64,000 nucleotides of DNA from Blastocladiella emersonii ATCC 22665 (Eukaryota > Fungi > Blastocladiomycota): the NCBI GenBank assembly GCA_025594325.1, contig JANHCV010000002.1:1674001-1738000 (forward strand), read 5' to 3'. Shown in pieces: positions 17,192 to 28,232 of this stretch. The notes beneath the pieces were generated by a model. That model was not told where the DNA came from. It ran no database searches and saw only the letters and a list, made by a program, of their open reading frames with translations. The position numbers were made by a program, and so were the translations under genes. The stretch's first letter is position 1. Each line of letters opens with the position of its first letter.

Positions 17192-18561
17192 ATGAAACTC
17201 TTAAACGACAACATGAAAACTTACGCCGCCGTCGTGGCCGTGCTGGCCTCCGTGATCCTGATCGCAGACGCTGCGCTCGGATCTCCGCTACCCAAGGGCG
17301 GTGGCGGTGGCCATGGAGGTGGTGGCAGCCACGGAAGCAGCGGCAGCGGCGGACACGGCGGCTCGAGCGGCGGTAGCAGCCCTGGAAGCGACATCTACGG
17401 ATGTACGAGTTTGCAACGATCCGCTCTTGTCATCGCTTGCTCACAGAACGTACCCCTGTAGCGCGCTACCCGCTCGTCTCGAGTGGTCCTGGCGGATACA
17501 GCGGATACTGGGTCCCGTCTCGCGTCTACTACGGGTCCAGCACGACGCGCACCGACTGCGTCTTCGTTTCCACGGGCGGGCGAGCCGACGACAGTACAAG
17601 CCAGCCAACGTGTTCGACCAAACCTCCCAACATGGCCGGATTCTACGTTGCCGGTGCTCTTGCCGTCGTGATGATGTTTTACACGTGCTTCAAGTGCAGC
17701 GCCAACAACGCTCAGCGCGAGGACTCGTCCAAGAAACGAGCCGACCAAGCCGCTGTGGCGGCAACGGAGGCGGGCTCGCTTGCGGTGCCGATCCACAACG
17801 CCTCAAGCGAGGCCGCCGCTCGGGCGCTTGACTATGTCCGCAACAACCCGCCGCGCCCGCTCGCGCTCGACGCGCAGATACTCAAACGCATGGCGTCGCC
17901 GGCTAACTGGTCGTTTGTGGTGCCGCCCGACCACGACGCGTTCGTGTCCATCGAGGACGGCACGCGCGTCACGCTGTTCGGCCAGCCCATCTCGCGCGCT
18001 GGGCTCGACACGGACCTCGCCATCGTGCCCAACCTCCCGCTGCCGCTCATAGCTACCGAACCACCTGCAACTGCTGACGCGACGGCGACGCCCGGACCAA
18101 CGACGCGCGCGATCCTGTACTTTGAGGTGACGGTCGTGAACATGGACCCGCAGACAACGGTTGCTGTTGGCCTCACGACCGCCCCGTGGCCAACGTTCCG
18201 CTTGCCAGGCTGGAACGCGTGGTCCGTCGGTTACCACAGCGACGACGGCCGCTGCTACTCGAGCGACGACGGCCAGGGCGTCGAGTACAGCAAGCCATAC
18301 CGCATCGACGACGTGATTGGCGTCGGCGTCAACACGGGCGACTGGTCCGTCTTCTTCACGCGTAATGGCGTCAAGCTCGCGACCGTGTCCAGCGCTCGCG
18401 TGCCAGCGCCTCGTCTCGCGGTTCACCCGGCCATCGGCGCCAATGGCCGCGCGAGCCTTGAGGTCAACTTTGGCACGTGGCCGTTCAAGTGGGAGCCCGC
18501 GAACGAGGGCCAGTTTGGGCTTGCGCTCGACGTGTTGCTGCGGTACTCTGTGAACGCGTAG
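17192..18561 (+). CDS. Signal peptide, Gly-rich segment, TM and SPRY/B30.2 protein (Ssh4/Ear1-like), copy 1; intron 17403-17461
   Basis: ILYFEVTV, VGYHSDDG, VIGVGVN, VFFTRNG, VNFG..PFKW. Start approximate (ATG near 17192 or 17213). Confidence 0.8.
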
Positions 18562-18790
18562 CGTTCTTGCACCATGGAGCTTTCGTTGCACCCAAAACTC
18601 GTTAGTGTAAAGCTTGAGCATGGTCGACGCGTCTTGCTCATCTGATCGATATCATGATGGTGGTCGGCAGTCGAGTGGCGGTGGCGGCGGTTAACGCCAC
18701 AGTCTCGTCCAAAAGTGGAGCGTGCGGCGAACCCCTCCCGCGCCGCAGAGCATGGGTTCGGCTCTCTCTCCCGCTCGATACGGCCGAATC

Positions 18791-21155
18791 ATGAAGCTAT
18801 TCCTACACTACGCCCATGCAATCTTGCTGGTCTTGACAGCGCTTCTTGCTGACTATGCCGTGGGATCGCCGATGCCCAATGGCGGCGGCGGCGGAGCCAG
18901 CGGCGGTGGGGACTCGGGCAGCAATAGCGGGAGCACTTCGTCGACTGGGTCGGGAAAGCGGTCCTTCAACTGGGCGACCCTGTGGGTCCTACTCGCGAGC
19001 ACAGCAGCAAACCGCGCATTTCTTAGAGCGAGAACACAGGCAAAAGCAGGCACTTTTTGAACAGGAAGAAGTTCTTATTTTTCTTAGCCCTTGGCAACGC
19101 CGCCATCTGGTGCCGCGAGCGGGCGATCCCGCCGCCAGCTCGCGCGCGCGAGATTAGGTCGGTCATGAGGATCCGAAACATGATGATTGCGGATTGCTTG
19201 CGCGCACCGGGTCGCGCTCCCGCGCTTCCGCTGCCGCCCCCGCTGCACCACTCGCGCGGGTAGGGTCCCTCCTCGAGCAGGGCCACCCGCCCGACACGCG
19301 CGCGCACCCCACCGACCCCGCCGCCCGCGACCCGCACAGCCAGCGGCAGCGACCCGCACACGCAACGGCGGCGGCCGTCCCAAAGATGGCGCGCCTTGCG
19401 CGAGCGGTCCGCTCGCGCGGTTGTTGAGGACGACGGCGGCGACGATCGCGAACTGGACCTGGACGTGTCAATGCAGACGCCGTGCTGGAGGACGATGGGC
19501 GAGGAGAGCGGTGAGTCGGCGATCCGAAGAGCGAGCTTGCGCGAGTAGATGGGGACGTACGTCAAGGATCACGAGCGGGTCGAGCGAGCTGGGACAGACG
19601 AGCGACGTGTCGCGGCGCGGAAGGCATCTACACGCAGAGGAGAACGCGATCCGTTAGCCGGCGGTCGTGGCGAGCGAGCGGTCGGCGGCGGGGCAGCGTA
19701 CCGTGAAGAACGCCTGGCGCGAGCGCGCACGGTTGCGAGGGAGTCCTGCTGTGACGTCTACATGGTTGGTGGTCAGCACGCGTGGCCGTCGTTTGGGACT
19801 CCATGAGGGCATGTACCACTCGAGCATCGTGGTGGGCGAGGGCGAGGTGAAGAGCGCGAGATGGGCGAGGGCCGCGGTCGGCTTTTATGTCCGTGGCCAG
19901 CGACCGAGGCGGGCAGCGGGGCAGGGCGCGCGGCGACCACACGGCCGTGGCCGTGCGCACGGATTTCGCAAAGGACCGGCGAAGGACCCCGGGCAAGCGG
20001 GCCGCGTTGCGTCACCGTGACGTGAAGGAGCAGGGCGCCCGAAGTCGCGCGCGCGCTCGCGCTCAAGCTGCCGCCGCGCCAGCCCGCGGGCGTTTCAGGC
20101 CGCGCCGCCTCGCGCAATTCACGCGCGCGACCGCCGCTGCGCACGCTAGGCACCTCAAAGGATATGGGCGGCCTTTCTCCGCCTTGCTCCGCCGCACGCG
20201 CCGCGGCGGCAGCGCTGCGCCCAGGCAGCTCCCCCTCACTTTTCTTAAGATTCTTACCTAAGGAAAGGGCCATCTGCTGCTGTGGAGCTTGGGTATCTGT
20301 TTGCTTGCTCAGTGCCCCTGCTGCGCCAATATCAGACGAAAGAAGAAGGGCGAGACTCAAGCTGAGCTCACAGCCGTTGGATCGCTCGCTGCGCCACTCC
20401 ACCACGCCTCGGGTGACGCTGCTGCTCGAGCCCTCGAGTTCGTGAGTGCTAATCCAGCTCGCGCACTCGCGATAGACGCGCCGCTGCTCGAGCTCATGGC
20501 GTCGCCAGAAAGCTGGTTGTTCACGGTCCCACCTGACCACGACGCGTTCGTGTCGATCGAGAACGGGACTCGCGTCACGCTGTTCAGCCAGCCGATTGAG
20601 CTCGTTGGTCTCGACACGGACCTCGCTATCGTCTCAAACCTACCGCTCCCGATGCTCCACGATCCAGACTCAAGCGTCTCTGCTTCGCGCTCCATCCTCT
20701 ACTTCGAGGTGACAGTCGCCGCCATGGACCCTCAGACGACAGTTGCCGTCGGCCTCACAACCGTCCCGTGGCCGACGTTCCGCCTTCCAGGCTGGAATGT
20801 GTGGTCGGTCGGCTACCACAGCGACGACGGCCGCGTGTTCTACCTGGACGACGGAAACGGCAGCAGCTATGGCAAGCCGTACCGCGTTGACGACGTCGTG
20901 GGCGTTGGCGTCAACACGGCTGATTGCACCGTGTTCTTCACTTGTAATGGCGTCAAGCTCGCGACTGTACCCGGCGCTCGCGTGCCCGCACCTCGCCTCG
21001 CCGTGCACCCTGCGATCGGCGCGGACAGCAAGTGCACGCTCGACGTCAACTTTGGCACGCGGCCGTTCAAGTGGGAGCCCGCCAACGAGGGGCAGTTCGG
21101 CTACGCAATCAACGAACTGCCGCGGTACAAGGCCGTGTCTGAAGCTGCATCATGA
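18791..21155 (+). pseudogene. SPRY membrane protein copy 2, split by a DNA transposon in its TM segment
   Basis: Removing 19000-20284 and one GAG restores ...NWATLWVLLASLGICLLAQCPCCAN... in frame with the SPRY ORF; ends LPRY. Confidence 0.8.
19000..20284. mobile_element. 1285-bp non-autonomous DNA transposon with CACAG termini and a 3-bp TSD (CMC/CACTA-like)
   Basis: Perfect 10-bp TIR CACAGCAGCA / TGCTGCTGTG plus ~40 bp of imperfect subterminal match; TSD GAG at 18997-18999 and 20285-20287; no recognisable transposase. Confidence 0.8.
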
Positions 21156-21360
21156 TTACCATCAAACTTTGTGATATACGCGTCAATCAATCCGTCTCCA
21201 TCGCATTCAACTGATCGAAGCTCCTGGGCCCACATGGCCGCTCCTCGCGCGCGCACGGACTTGGCCAACTTCGCCCGCAAGCGGGCGAACGCTTTTGGCT
21301 GCGTAGCGCCGCATCGGCTTCTTCTCCCTCAACGAACAGGTTCAAGCGATGTATTCAATC

Positions 21361-22592
21361 ATGAACGTTCGACAAGTAGCTACTCTCGTCCTTGCTTTGC
21401 CCTTGGCCGCGACGAGCAGCGCTGCATCGCCCTTGGCGACGGCGACAACGGCCCCGAGCGCCTGCGGCAACCAGTCCTCCAACATCTATGGAGGTACGAC
21501 GCGTTGTGGGATCGCTTGCGGCATCTGCGCCTCACTCACCGCCCTCTACTAGTCGATTACCCGTGTGTCTTGAACGGGCCCGGCGGTCGCACCGGGCGCT
21601 GGGTTCCCGCGCGGGCCTACTACGGGCCCGGAACGTCGCGCAACGACTGTGTGTTTGTGGACTCGAACGGACGCGCCGTCGATAACACCAGCAGGCGCAG
21701 GTGTCCCGCTGCTTACGACAGCAGCGTCGTCGTGTACCCGCTGCTCGCTGGCGTCGGCATTGCCCTGCTCCTCTTCTGCTTCAGATGCATGGCGAACCGC
21801 AGGCGGTCCGAAGCGGCGGCGGCGAGCGCGAAGCCGTTCGTGCCTGTCGGAACGGTTGGCGAGCTCGCAGCAGCTGCGCGAGCTGAAGCTGCGGCCCGCG
21901 CGATCTCGTTCTTGCACGACAACCCTGCAACTCCGCCCCTGCTCGACGCGGCTGATCTGGAGCGCATGGCGTCGTCCGACGGCTGGTCGTTTGATGCGCC
22001 GCTAGACCACGGCTCGGACGTCGCCGTCGCGAATGGGACGCGCGTGACGTTCTACAGTGGCGGCCGAGCGGACGCGCGCCGTGACAACAGCCTCGCCGTC
22101 GTGTCCAACCTCCCTATTCCGTGGATCGGCGAGTCCGGTGCGCGTGCGATCCTGTACTTCGAGGTGACGATCGCGGCCATCGACGTGCGCACCAGGATTG
22201 CTGTCGGTCTGACGACGGTTCCGTGGCCGTCGTACCGTTTGCCTGGTTGGAACGTGTGGAGCGTTGGATACCACAACGACGGCCGTGTCTACACCTGTGC
22301 TCCGGGCCAGGGCTTCGACTGCGGCGCGCCGTTCAAGGCTGGCGACGTGGTGGGCGTTGGCGTCGACACGACCAACGGATCCGTCTTCTTCACGCGCAAC
22401 GGGATCCTGCTCGAGGCCGACCGCGAGACCATGGCAACGGTCCCCGCACCGCGACTTGCGGTTCATCCAGCTATCGGCACTGACGGCCACGCGACCCTCG
22501 ATGTCAACTTTGGGACACGCCCGTTCAAGTGGAGTCCCGCGAACAAGGGCCAGTTTGGCTATGCGACGGATGTACCGCCGCAGTATTCATGA
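21361..22592 (+). CDS. SPRY membrane protein copy 3 with a C-terminal PPQY; intron 21494-21552
   Basis: MNVRQVATLVLALP signal peptide; NIYG|VDYPCV splice; SPRY motifs; ends DVPPQYS. Confidence 0.85.
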
Positions 22593-22922
22593 GCGAGCGA
22601 AGCGGATTTTGATACATTTGAAGTTTTGTGCTCTCAGCGCTAGTGCGTGCGTCCGTTTCTCCAAGCAAGGATAGATTTGGTCGCGCGCTCATGCTGCCTT
22701 GGGGCATTACTGAAGAAGGAGTGTGCGTAGATAGAGCTGTTGCCTCCGAGTCAGTGCTTCCTTTTTTTGGCTCTGTGGCGGCGGACCTTCGCTTCGACTC
22801 GTTCGAGTCGAAGTCGCGTTGATCAAACGCACGTGGGCAAGGCGACGCCACAACTCGCTGTGCAACGCCGCTTCCCTCGCTCTTCCCCCGCTCTCCCCCG
22901 CGCTCGCTCTGAAGCGCCGAAG

Positions 22923-24422
22923 ATGAAGCCAATGAAGAGTTTACTACATACAACGACTCTTCCCGACCTGGTTGTCGACCGCGTTCTGTGCTACGCCGTG
23001 TGGGCAACCGATCCCAACGACGTCAGAGAAATGCTGCAGTACAGCCGCGTCATGCTTCGCGAGGGAGCGCCTCGCGTCCACCGAGCGGTCCAGGACCACG
23101 TCTTGTCAATCTCCATGGACGAAGCGAGCGCAACGGATCGCTTGAATGTACTGGATGCGTGGCGCCGCTCCGGGAAGCCACTTGTCTACTCGGCCGGCGC
23201 TATCACCGATGCGGCCACGTCGTACACAACGCTTGACTGGTGGCGTCGGTCCGGGCTTGCTCTGCCCGAGTGCACGGTTAGTTCTATGACTGGGGTTCAC
23301 TTCAACGCGAAGTGCAGCGACGAGCTGGAGGCCGAGGAGGAAGTTGTACGATGCTGCGGTTCTCTGCTCGCACGATGGAATGGGAAAACTCACCCAGTGC
23401 TATACGGTCGTCTTAGGAACTCTATCGCCGTCCTAATCCGCCCGGAGACGCATTTCTCGAGTCTTCGGTGATTCCCGAAGTGCGCAACAACAAGCTTTGC
23501 GAGCGCACCGTATGGTGCGGCGGAATGCGCGTCACTGCATCCGGTGCATCCGCCCTCGCTTCCGCTATGGCCGAGTCAACCGCAATGGTCAAGTATATAG
23601 ATTTTACGTGTTGTGATCTCACGTTCCCGATTCTCTGCGCGTTGCGCCTCCCTCACTCGGTTCGCGGGGTCGAGCTCAACTTCAACTGGACGAGCGAGGG
23701 CGCCGCCAAACTTTCCCAGCAGCAGCAGCATGGCGCATCGCCGTTTCCGCGGAAATCGCGCCATCTCAGCATTCGGGACAATATTCTCGCGAGTCCCCGA
23801 GACGCCGAGATTTTGTTCCGCTCGTTTCCTCCGTCACTGCGGAGCCTCGATTTGTCGGGTACTCGCCTCGATAACGAGTATGATTGGGCATTCGCGCAAT
23901 GCCTCCCGCAACAGCTTGTGGATCTGGCGTTGAACAGCTGCCAATTGGGCTCGGCGGGCATCGAGGCGCTTGCGCCGCGCCTGCCGAAGACTCTCAGCAT
24001 CTTGAACTTGCCCAACAATGGAATCACTATCGAAGGCGTGACGCACCTCGCGCGACACTTCCCGCCGCACCTCGACATGATCGACCTTGGTTGGAACCCA
24101 CTCGGCGACGAAGGCCTCGCAGCTCTCTTGAAGGGCGTTGAAAAGAGCCTCAGATCGCTATACGTCGGAGAAGCCGGCCTTACCGAACTTGGCGTTCACG
24201 CGCTCATGGATTGTTTGCCCCTTCAGCTTTCATCACTGGATGTATCCGGCTCAACGCTCAGCCCTTCGGCGCTCGAACTCTTTTTTCGCCCGCCTGCCAA
24301 CGAGTTTGACTTGGCTCGGGCTCGCCAATGTAACCAATCCAGCCACTGGTGACCCGTTTGATGTGGCGCCCTTCCTCGCAACCAAGCGGCGCGGGCTTCA
24401 CGTGGACTTGGCTCAGCATTGA
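22923..24422 (+). CDS. LRR protein, paralogue of 15241; intron 23347-23416; +1 frameshift in a T6 run near 24281
   Basis: Collinear with the 15241 gene; the homologous C-terminus ARLPTSLTWLGLANVTNPATG is in the next frame. Confidence 0.75.
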
Positions 24423-24679
24423 TGAAGCGGTGCGGCGTGACAGTTTCTACAATTTTCCCCCAATAAGAGACGCGGTTTTGTGAGGCACACGTCGTTCCGC
24501 TCCTTCTCGCGCTAGGGCGCGTCGCGTGCTGTTTCAGGGACGTTCGCGTGGCGGCTGATTGAAACAAGTGGCGCAGCGCGGCTACGGATCGCTCCAAGCC
24601 AGTACAGGAACAACACGTCCGCCGACACCAGAGGTGTGGTCTCTGCAGCACGACCGCGCGTCGACAAGCACGCTCACGC

Positions 24680-24940
24680 CGAGTACAACATAGCCCGATA
24701 CCCCTGCGCCGCCGACGGTCCAAGCGGCAACAACGAAACTTGGGATTCCCGGTTGCATCAATTACGGGCTCCAGACCACGACTGCCTCCAACTCTGGCCC
24801 CGTCTTTCAGGCTTTGTGTGCAGTAGAAGCTGTAGCCGTGCTCGGGCTCTTGTATAGCTGCTTCAAGTGCAGCGCACGCGTCTCGCGGCAGAACAGGGCG
24901 GCGAGGAACAGGTTCGTCGCGACAATAACGCAAAAATCGT
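24680..24940 (+). pseudogene. Degenerate fourth paralogue of the SPRY membrane family (ectodomain/TM remnant)
   Basis: ARYPCAADGPSGNNETW and LLYSCFKCSA match RYPLVSSGPGGYSGYW and MFYTCFKCSA of copy 1; frames are broken and there is no SPRY domain. Confidence 0.55.
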
Positions 24941-25132
24941 CAGTTTCACTAGAACAGAACTCTCTTTTGATGTTGCATGTAGTTAAGTTAGTTGATTCAT
25001 AGATTCCGTGCTGATAGACAAGTGGAGGAGAGAGGGTTTGATCAGCTGATGGACGCGTCCGTCGAAACGCGTCGCTTCCGTTAGGTGGGCGAGCCTGAGC
25101 TCCACCTCCCGTGCCGTAACGCAGTCGCAACC

Positions 25133-26042
25133 ATGGATCCTGAAAAACCTGCTGAACTTGCACCTATTGATGGCAACGAGGCTGCTGCGCCGACCGAGGC
25201 CGCGGCCGCGCAGGCCGCAGCACCCGATTCCGGCGCCCCGACAGCTGAGCAGCCGCCAGCAGCCGCGGATGCCGCACCAGCACCCTCCGACTCGCAGCAG
25301 CAGCCGGCAGCAGCTGACCCGACTGCCGCTCCATCGGCGCCACCCCAAGCACTAGCGCCCGCCCCCGCTCCCGCGCCTGCCGCCGTGCCCAGCCTGTACC
25401 CCGAGGGCGTCGTGGTCGACGAGAAGCAGGTGCCGCTGTACAACAAGGTCAAGTCCATCTTCAAGGTCTTTGACAAGAGCAACTCGGGGTCGTGCGACAG
25501 TACGTTTCACTCGCCGCCTCCTGTTAACCGATCGCTGACCGTCTGCCCACCCAGTTCGCGAGGCAGGCACGATTCTCCGCGCGCTCGGCGTGTACCCGAC
25601 CGAGGCGAAACTCAAGGAGCTGATCATGGCCATCATGGACTCGACGCAGCCGACCATCATGACCTTCGAGCAGTTCATCAAGGTGACGTGGCCGCTCATT
25701 TCGACGCGGTCGTTCGCCGCCGACTCGGACGACCTGCTGTACCGCGCGTTCCTGGTACGCGAGTGGCTTGCCGCAGTATCGTGGTCGCTGACCCGTGCTC
25801 TCGTCGCACAGACCATCGACAAGGACAACCGCGGGTACATTGACGTGGACCAGCTCAAGAACCTGATGCAGACGCTGGGCGAGCCCATGACGGCCGAGGA
25901 GATGGAGGAGATGGTCACGTCGATCGGGATCAAGGAGGGCCACTTCTTCTACGGTACGCTCGGTGTGAGTCTACACGAGTCGCTTGCCGTCACTGACACT
26001 CGACACGCACGGCTAGAGGACTACCTCGCGCTTCTCGGATGA
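25133..26042 (+). CDS. EFCAB2: EF-hand protein DRC8/EFCAB2-like (dynein regulatory complex) with an Ala/Pro-rich N-terminus; 3 introns
   Basis: Spliced: FKVFDKSNSGSCDIREAGTILRALGVYPTE...LYRAFLTIDKDNRGYI...GEPMTAEEMEEM...YEDYL. Introns 25500-25554, 25755-25811, 25954-26016. Confidence 0.8.
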
Positions 26043-26367
26043 TTTCACTGCTACAAACCGTTCTGAATTGTCTCGTAAGAGCTCACCTGAGGGACATCTC
26101 CGCCATGAGGCACGCGTCGCGCTTGCCCGCATCCTCTCATCGCCCACCGTGGCCGCGGTCATGGCCATGGCCATGAGGCTGGGAGGCAGACAGCAGAGTC
26201 AGCGGTTCAGGCGACCAGCACGCCGCGACTAGCGACCGCGCCGAGCAGCACGTCGAGTCTCCTCGCGCTGCTCCGCGCGTCTCCTGAGGAGCTCTCCCCA
26301 GCGCTAGCGCTGAGCCACCATCAACGAATCCAACTCGATGCAACCCGTCTCTCTGCCCACCAACACC

Positions 26368-28056
26368 ATGAAATCGACGCTACGCGCCATCACGACCGCC
26401 GTCGCGCAGATTGGCAGCGTGCGGACGCCGACGCACAAGCGTGCCGCGTTCGCCGCGGCGCCCGACGCCGTGCGCGCGACGCTGCGCTTCGTGTCGGACC
26501 CGCGCGTCACGTTCGGCGTGACCCGTAAGGCCGCCGAGTCGGCGCTGCTGCGTGCGCCGCCCGCGCTGTTCGACGAGAGGCGGATCCCGGCGTCGCTCGA
26601 GCAGCTGCTGCGCGAGATGAACCAGGGCGGGTGGTCGGCCCGCAACGACCGCGACGCCATGCTGTCGAACCTCGCGCCCAAGTTCGACCTCGATGCGGAC
26701 GAGGTCGAGACGCTCGTCCGCCTGCTCGACCGTAACCTCAAGATCGGGCTCGGCCAGGCCATGTGGCGCGACCTCGCGGCCACGCCCGCCGAGCGCGCCG
26801 TGTTTGAGGAGAAGTTTGCGCTGAGTGTGCGCGGCGAGGTGAGTCCTCCGAGCAAGCCTGTGGCAGTTGCCGCGAAGCCTCAGTCCGCGGCCGGTACCGC
26901 GGCAGCGCCAACAGCGGCAGCCCCGAAGCCGGCAGCGGCGCCCACGCAGCAGCAGGCGCCCGGCCGCATCGAGCACTTTCCGGGCGTCGCGCTCGGGTAT
27001 CCGTTCAACGGCAAGCTCGAGCCGGGCGCGCGGTACCTCGTGTCGCGCAAGCTCGACGGCGTGCGCGTGATCGCCGTCGTGCACCGCCCGCCGCCCGACG
27101 CTCCCCCGTCCATCGAGTGCTACAGCCGCACGGGCAAGCCGCTGACGGTCCCGACGGGCGTTCTCGACGATCTCGGCCGCCTCGTCGCGCCGGGCGAGAC
27201 GCGCGTGTTCGACGGCGAGCTGTGCATTCCGGGCGACAGCGGCGACGCGGACCAGTTCGACACGGTGATTTCGAGCGTGCGCACGCTCGCCGCCGACAAG
27301 GTCAAGAAGAAGCGGCCGAAGAAGCGCGCGACGAGCGCCGACGACACGACCATCAGCTACTACGTGTTCGACGTGCTGTCGCTGCCCGAGCTCATGTCCC
27401 GCACGTCATCGCGCACGCTGGCCGAGCGGCTCGACGCGTTCACGGCCGAGGCGCGCACGCCGTCGCCGTGGCGCGTCGCCGAGCTGTCCAACACGGCGTA
27501 CGCGGTGCCCGCGTCCCCGACGACGACGCGCGTCAACCTCGTGACGCATCAGGTCGCGCAGTCGGAGCCCGACATCGCGTCGGCCATGTCGGCCGCGAGT
27601 AAGCACGCGTGGGAGGGCGTCATGGTGCGCCGCGACACTTTGTACCGCGGGACGCGGCACCGCGACGTCGGCAAGGTCAAGCGGTGGCAGGACGCCGAGT
27701 TTGTGGTCGAGGGCGTCGACGTCGACCCCAACATGACGCTGACGCAGAACATGTTCCCCGCCGCCATCCCCGGCGACATGCGCGCGTTCCTGCCCGGTCC
27801 GATCGACGTCTTGAACGGCGGTGGTGCCGTGACCGGCGTGCGGTTCCTCCGCGCGCTCACGGTGCGCACGAGCGACGGCGTCGCGGTCGCAGTCGGGTCC
27901 GGCATGACGCTGCGACAGCGGCTCGAGTGGGCCGCGCACCCGGACCGCATCGTCGGCCGCACCGTCACCGTGCGCTACTTTGAGCAGACCAAGGACGGCA
28001 GCCTGCGGTTCCCCTCGCTCAAGGCCGTGTTCGGGCCGCAGGGCCGCGACGTGTGA
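26368..28056 (+). CDS. ATP-dependent DNA ligase, compact T4/phage-like architecture, intronless
   Basis: Motif I SRKLDGVR; III FDGEL; IIIa YYVFD; IV WEGVMVR; V KVK; OB fold GSGMT...VRYFEQTKDGSLRFP. Alternative ATG at 26338. Confidence 0.9.
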   Translation: MKSTLRAITTAVAQIGSVRTPTHKRAAFAAAPDAVRATLRFVSDPRVTFGVTRKAAESALLRAPPALFDERRIPASLEQLLREMNQGGWSARNDRDAMLSNLAPKFDLDADEVETLVRLLDRNLKIGLGQAMWRDLAATPAERAVFEEKFALSVRGEVSPPSKPVAVAAKPQSAAGTAAAPTAAAPKPAAAPTQQQAPGRIEHFPGVALGYPFNGKLEPGARYLVSRKLDGVRVIAVVHRPPPDAPPSIECYSRTGKPLTVPTGVLDDLGRLVAPGETRVFDGELCIPGDSGDADQFDTVISSVRTLAADKVKKKRPKKRATSADDTTISYYVFDVLSLPELMSRTSSRTLAERLDAFTAEARTPSPWRVAELSNTAYAVPASPTTTRVNLVTHQVAQSEPDIASAMSAASKHAWEGVMVRRDTLYRGTRHRDVGKVKRWQDAEFVVEGVDVDPNMTLTQNMFPAAIPGDMRAFLPGPIDVLNGGGAVTGVRFLRALTVRTSDGVAVAVGSGMTLRQRLEWAAHPDRIVGRTVTVRYFEQTKDGSLRFPSLKAVFGPQGRDV

Positions 28057-28232
28057 GTGTCGCGCGCTCATCTGCGGGCGGAAGGTGCACGCGCCAAGGC
28101 CTTCCATGGGTGGTGGATGAGCGAGGAACACGCGCCGCGCCACTCGCCCACCCGCGATGATGGAGTCCGTGATCCGCTGCCTCTCCTCCCCTTTTCGGTC
28201 GGCCGCTGTGACATTGTCTAGTATATCCCATT

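Noticed and set aside
18952-20270. A long intron or a GGAAAG-flanked insertion explaining the split SPRY copy 2
   Set aside because: No phase-compatible GT-AG pair and no TIRs at those boundaries; the CACAG TIR plus GAG TSD restores a better TM helix.
26368-28056. The DNA ligase as part of the endogenous virus
   Set aside because: It lies ~12 kb beyond the junction among host genes, has host-like GC and lacks the viral upstream motif.
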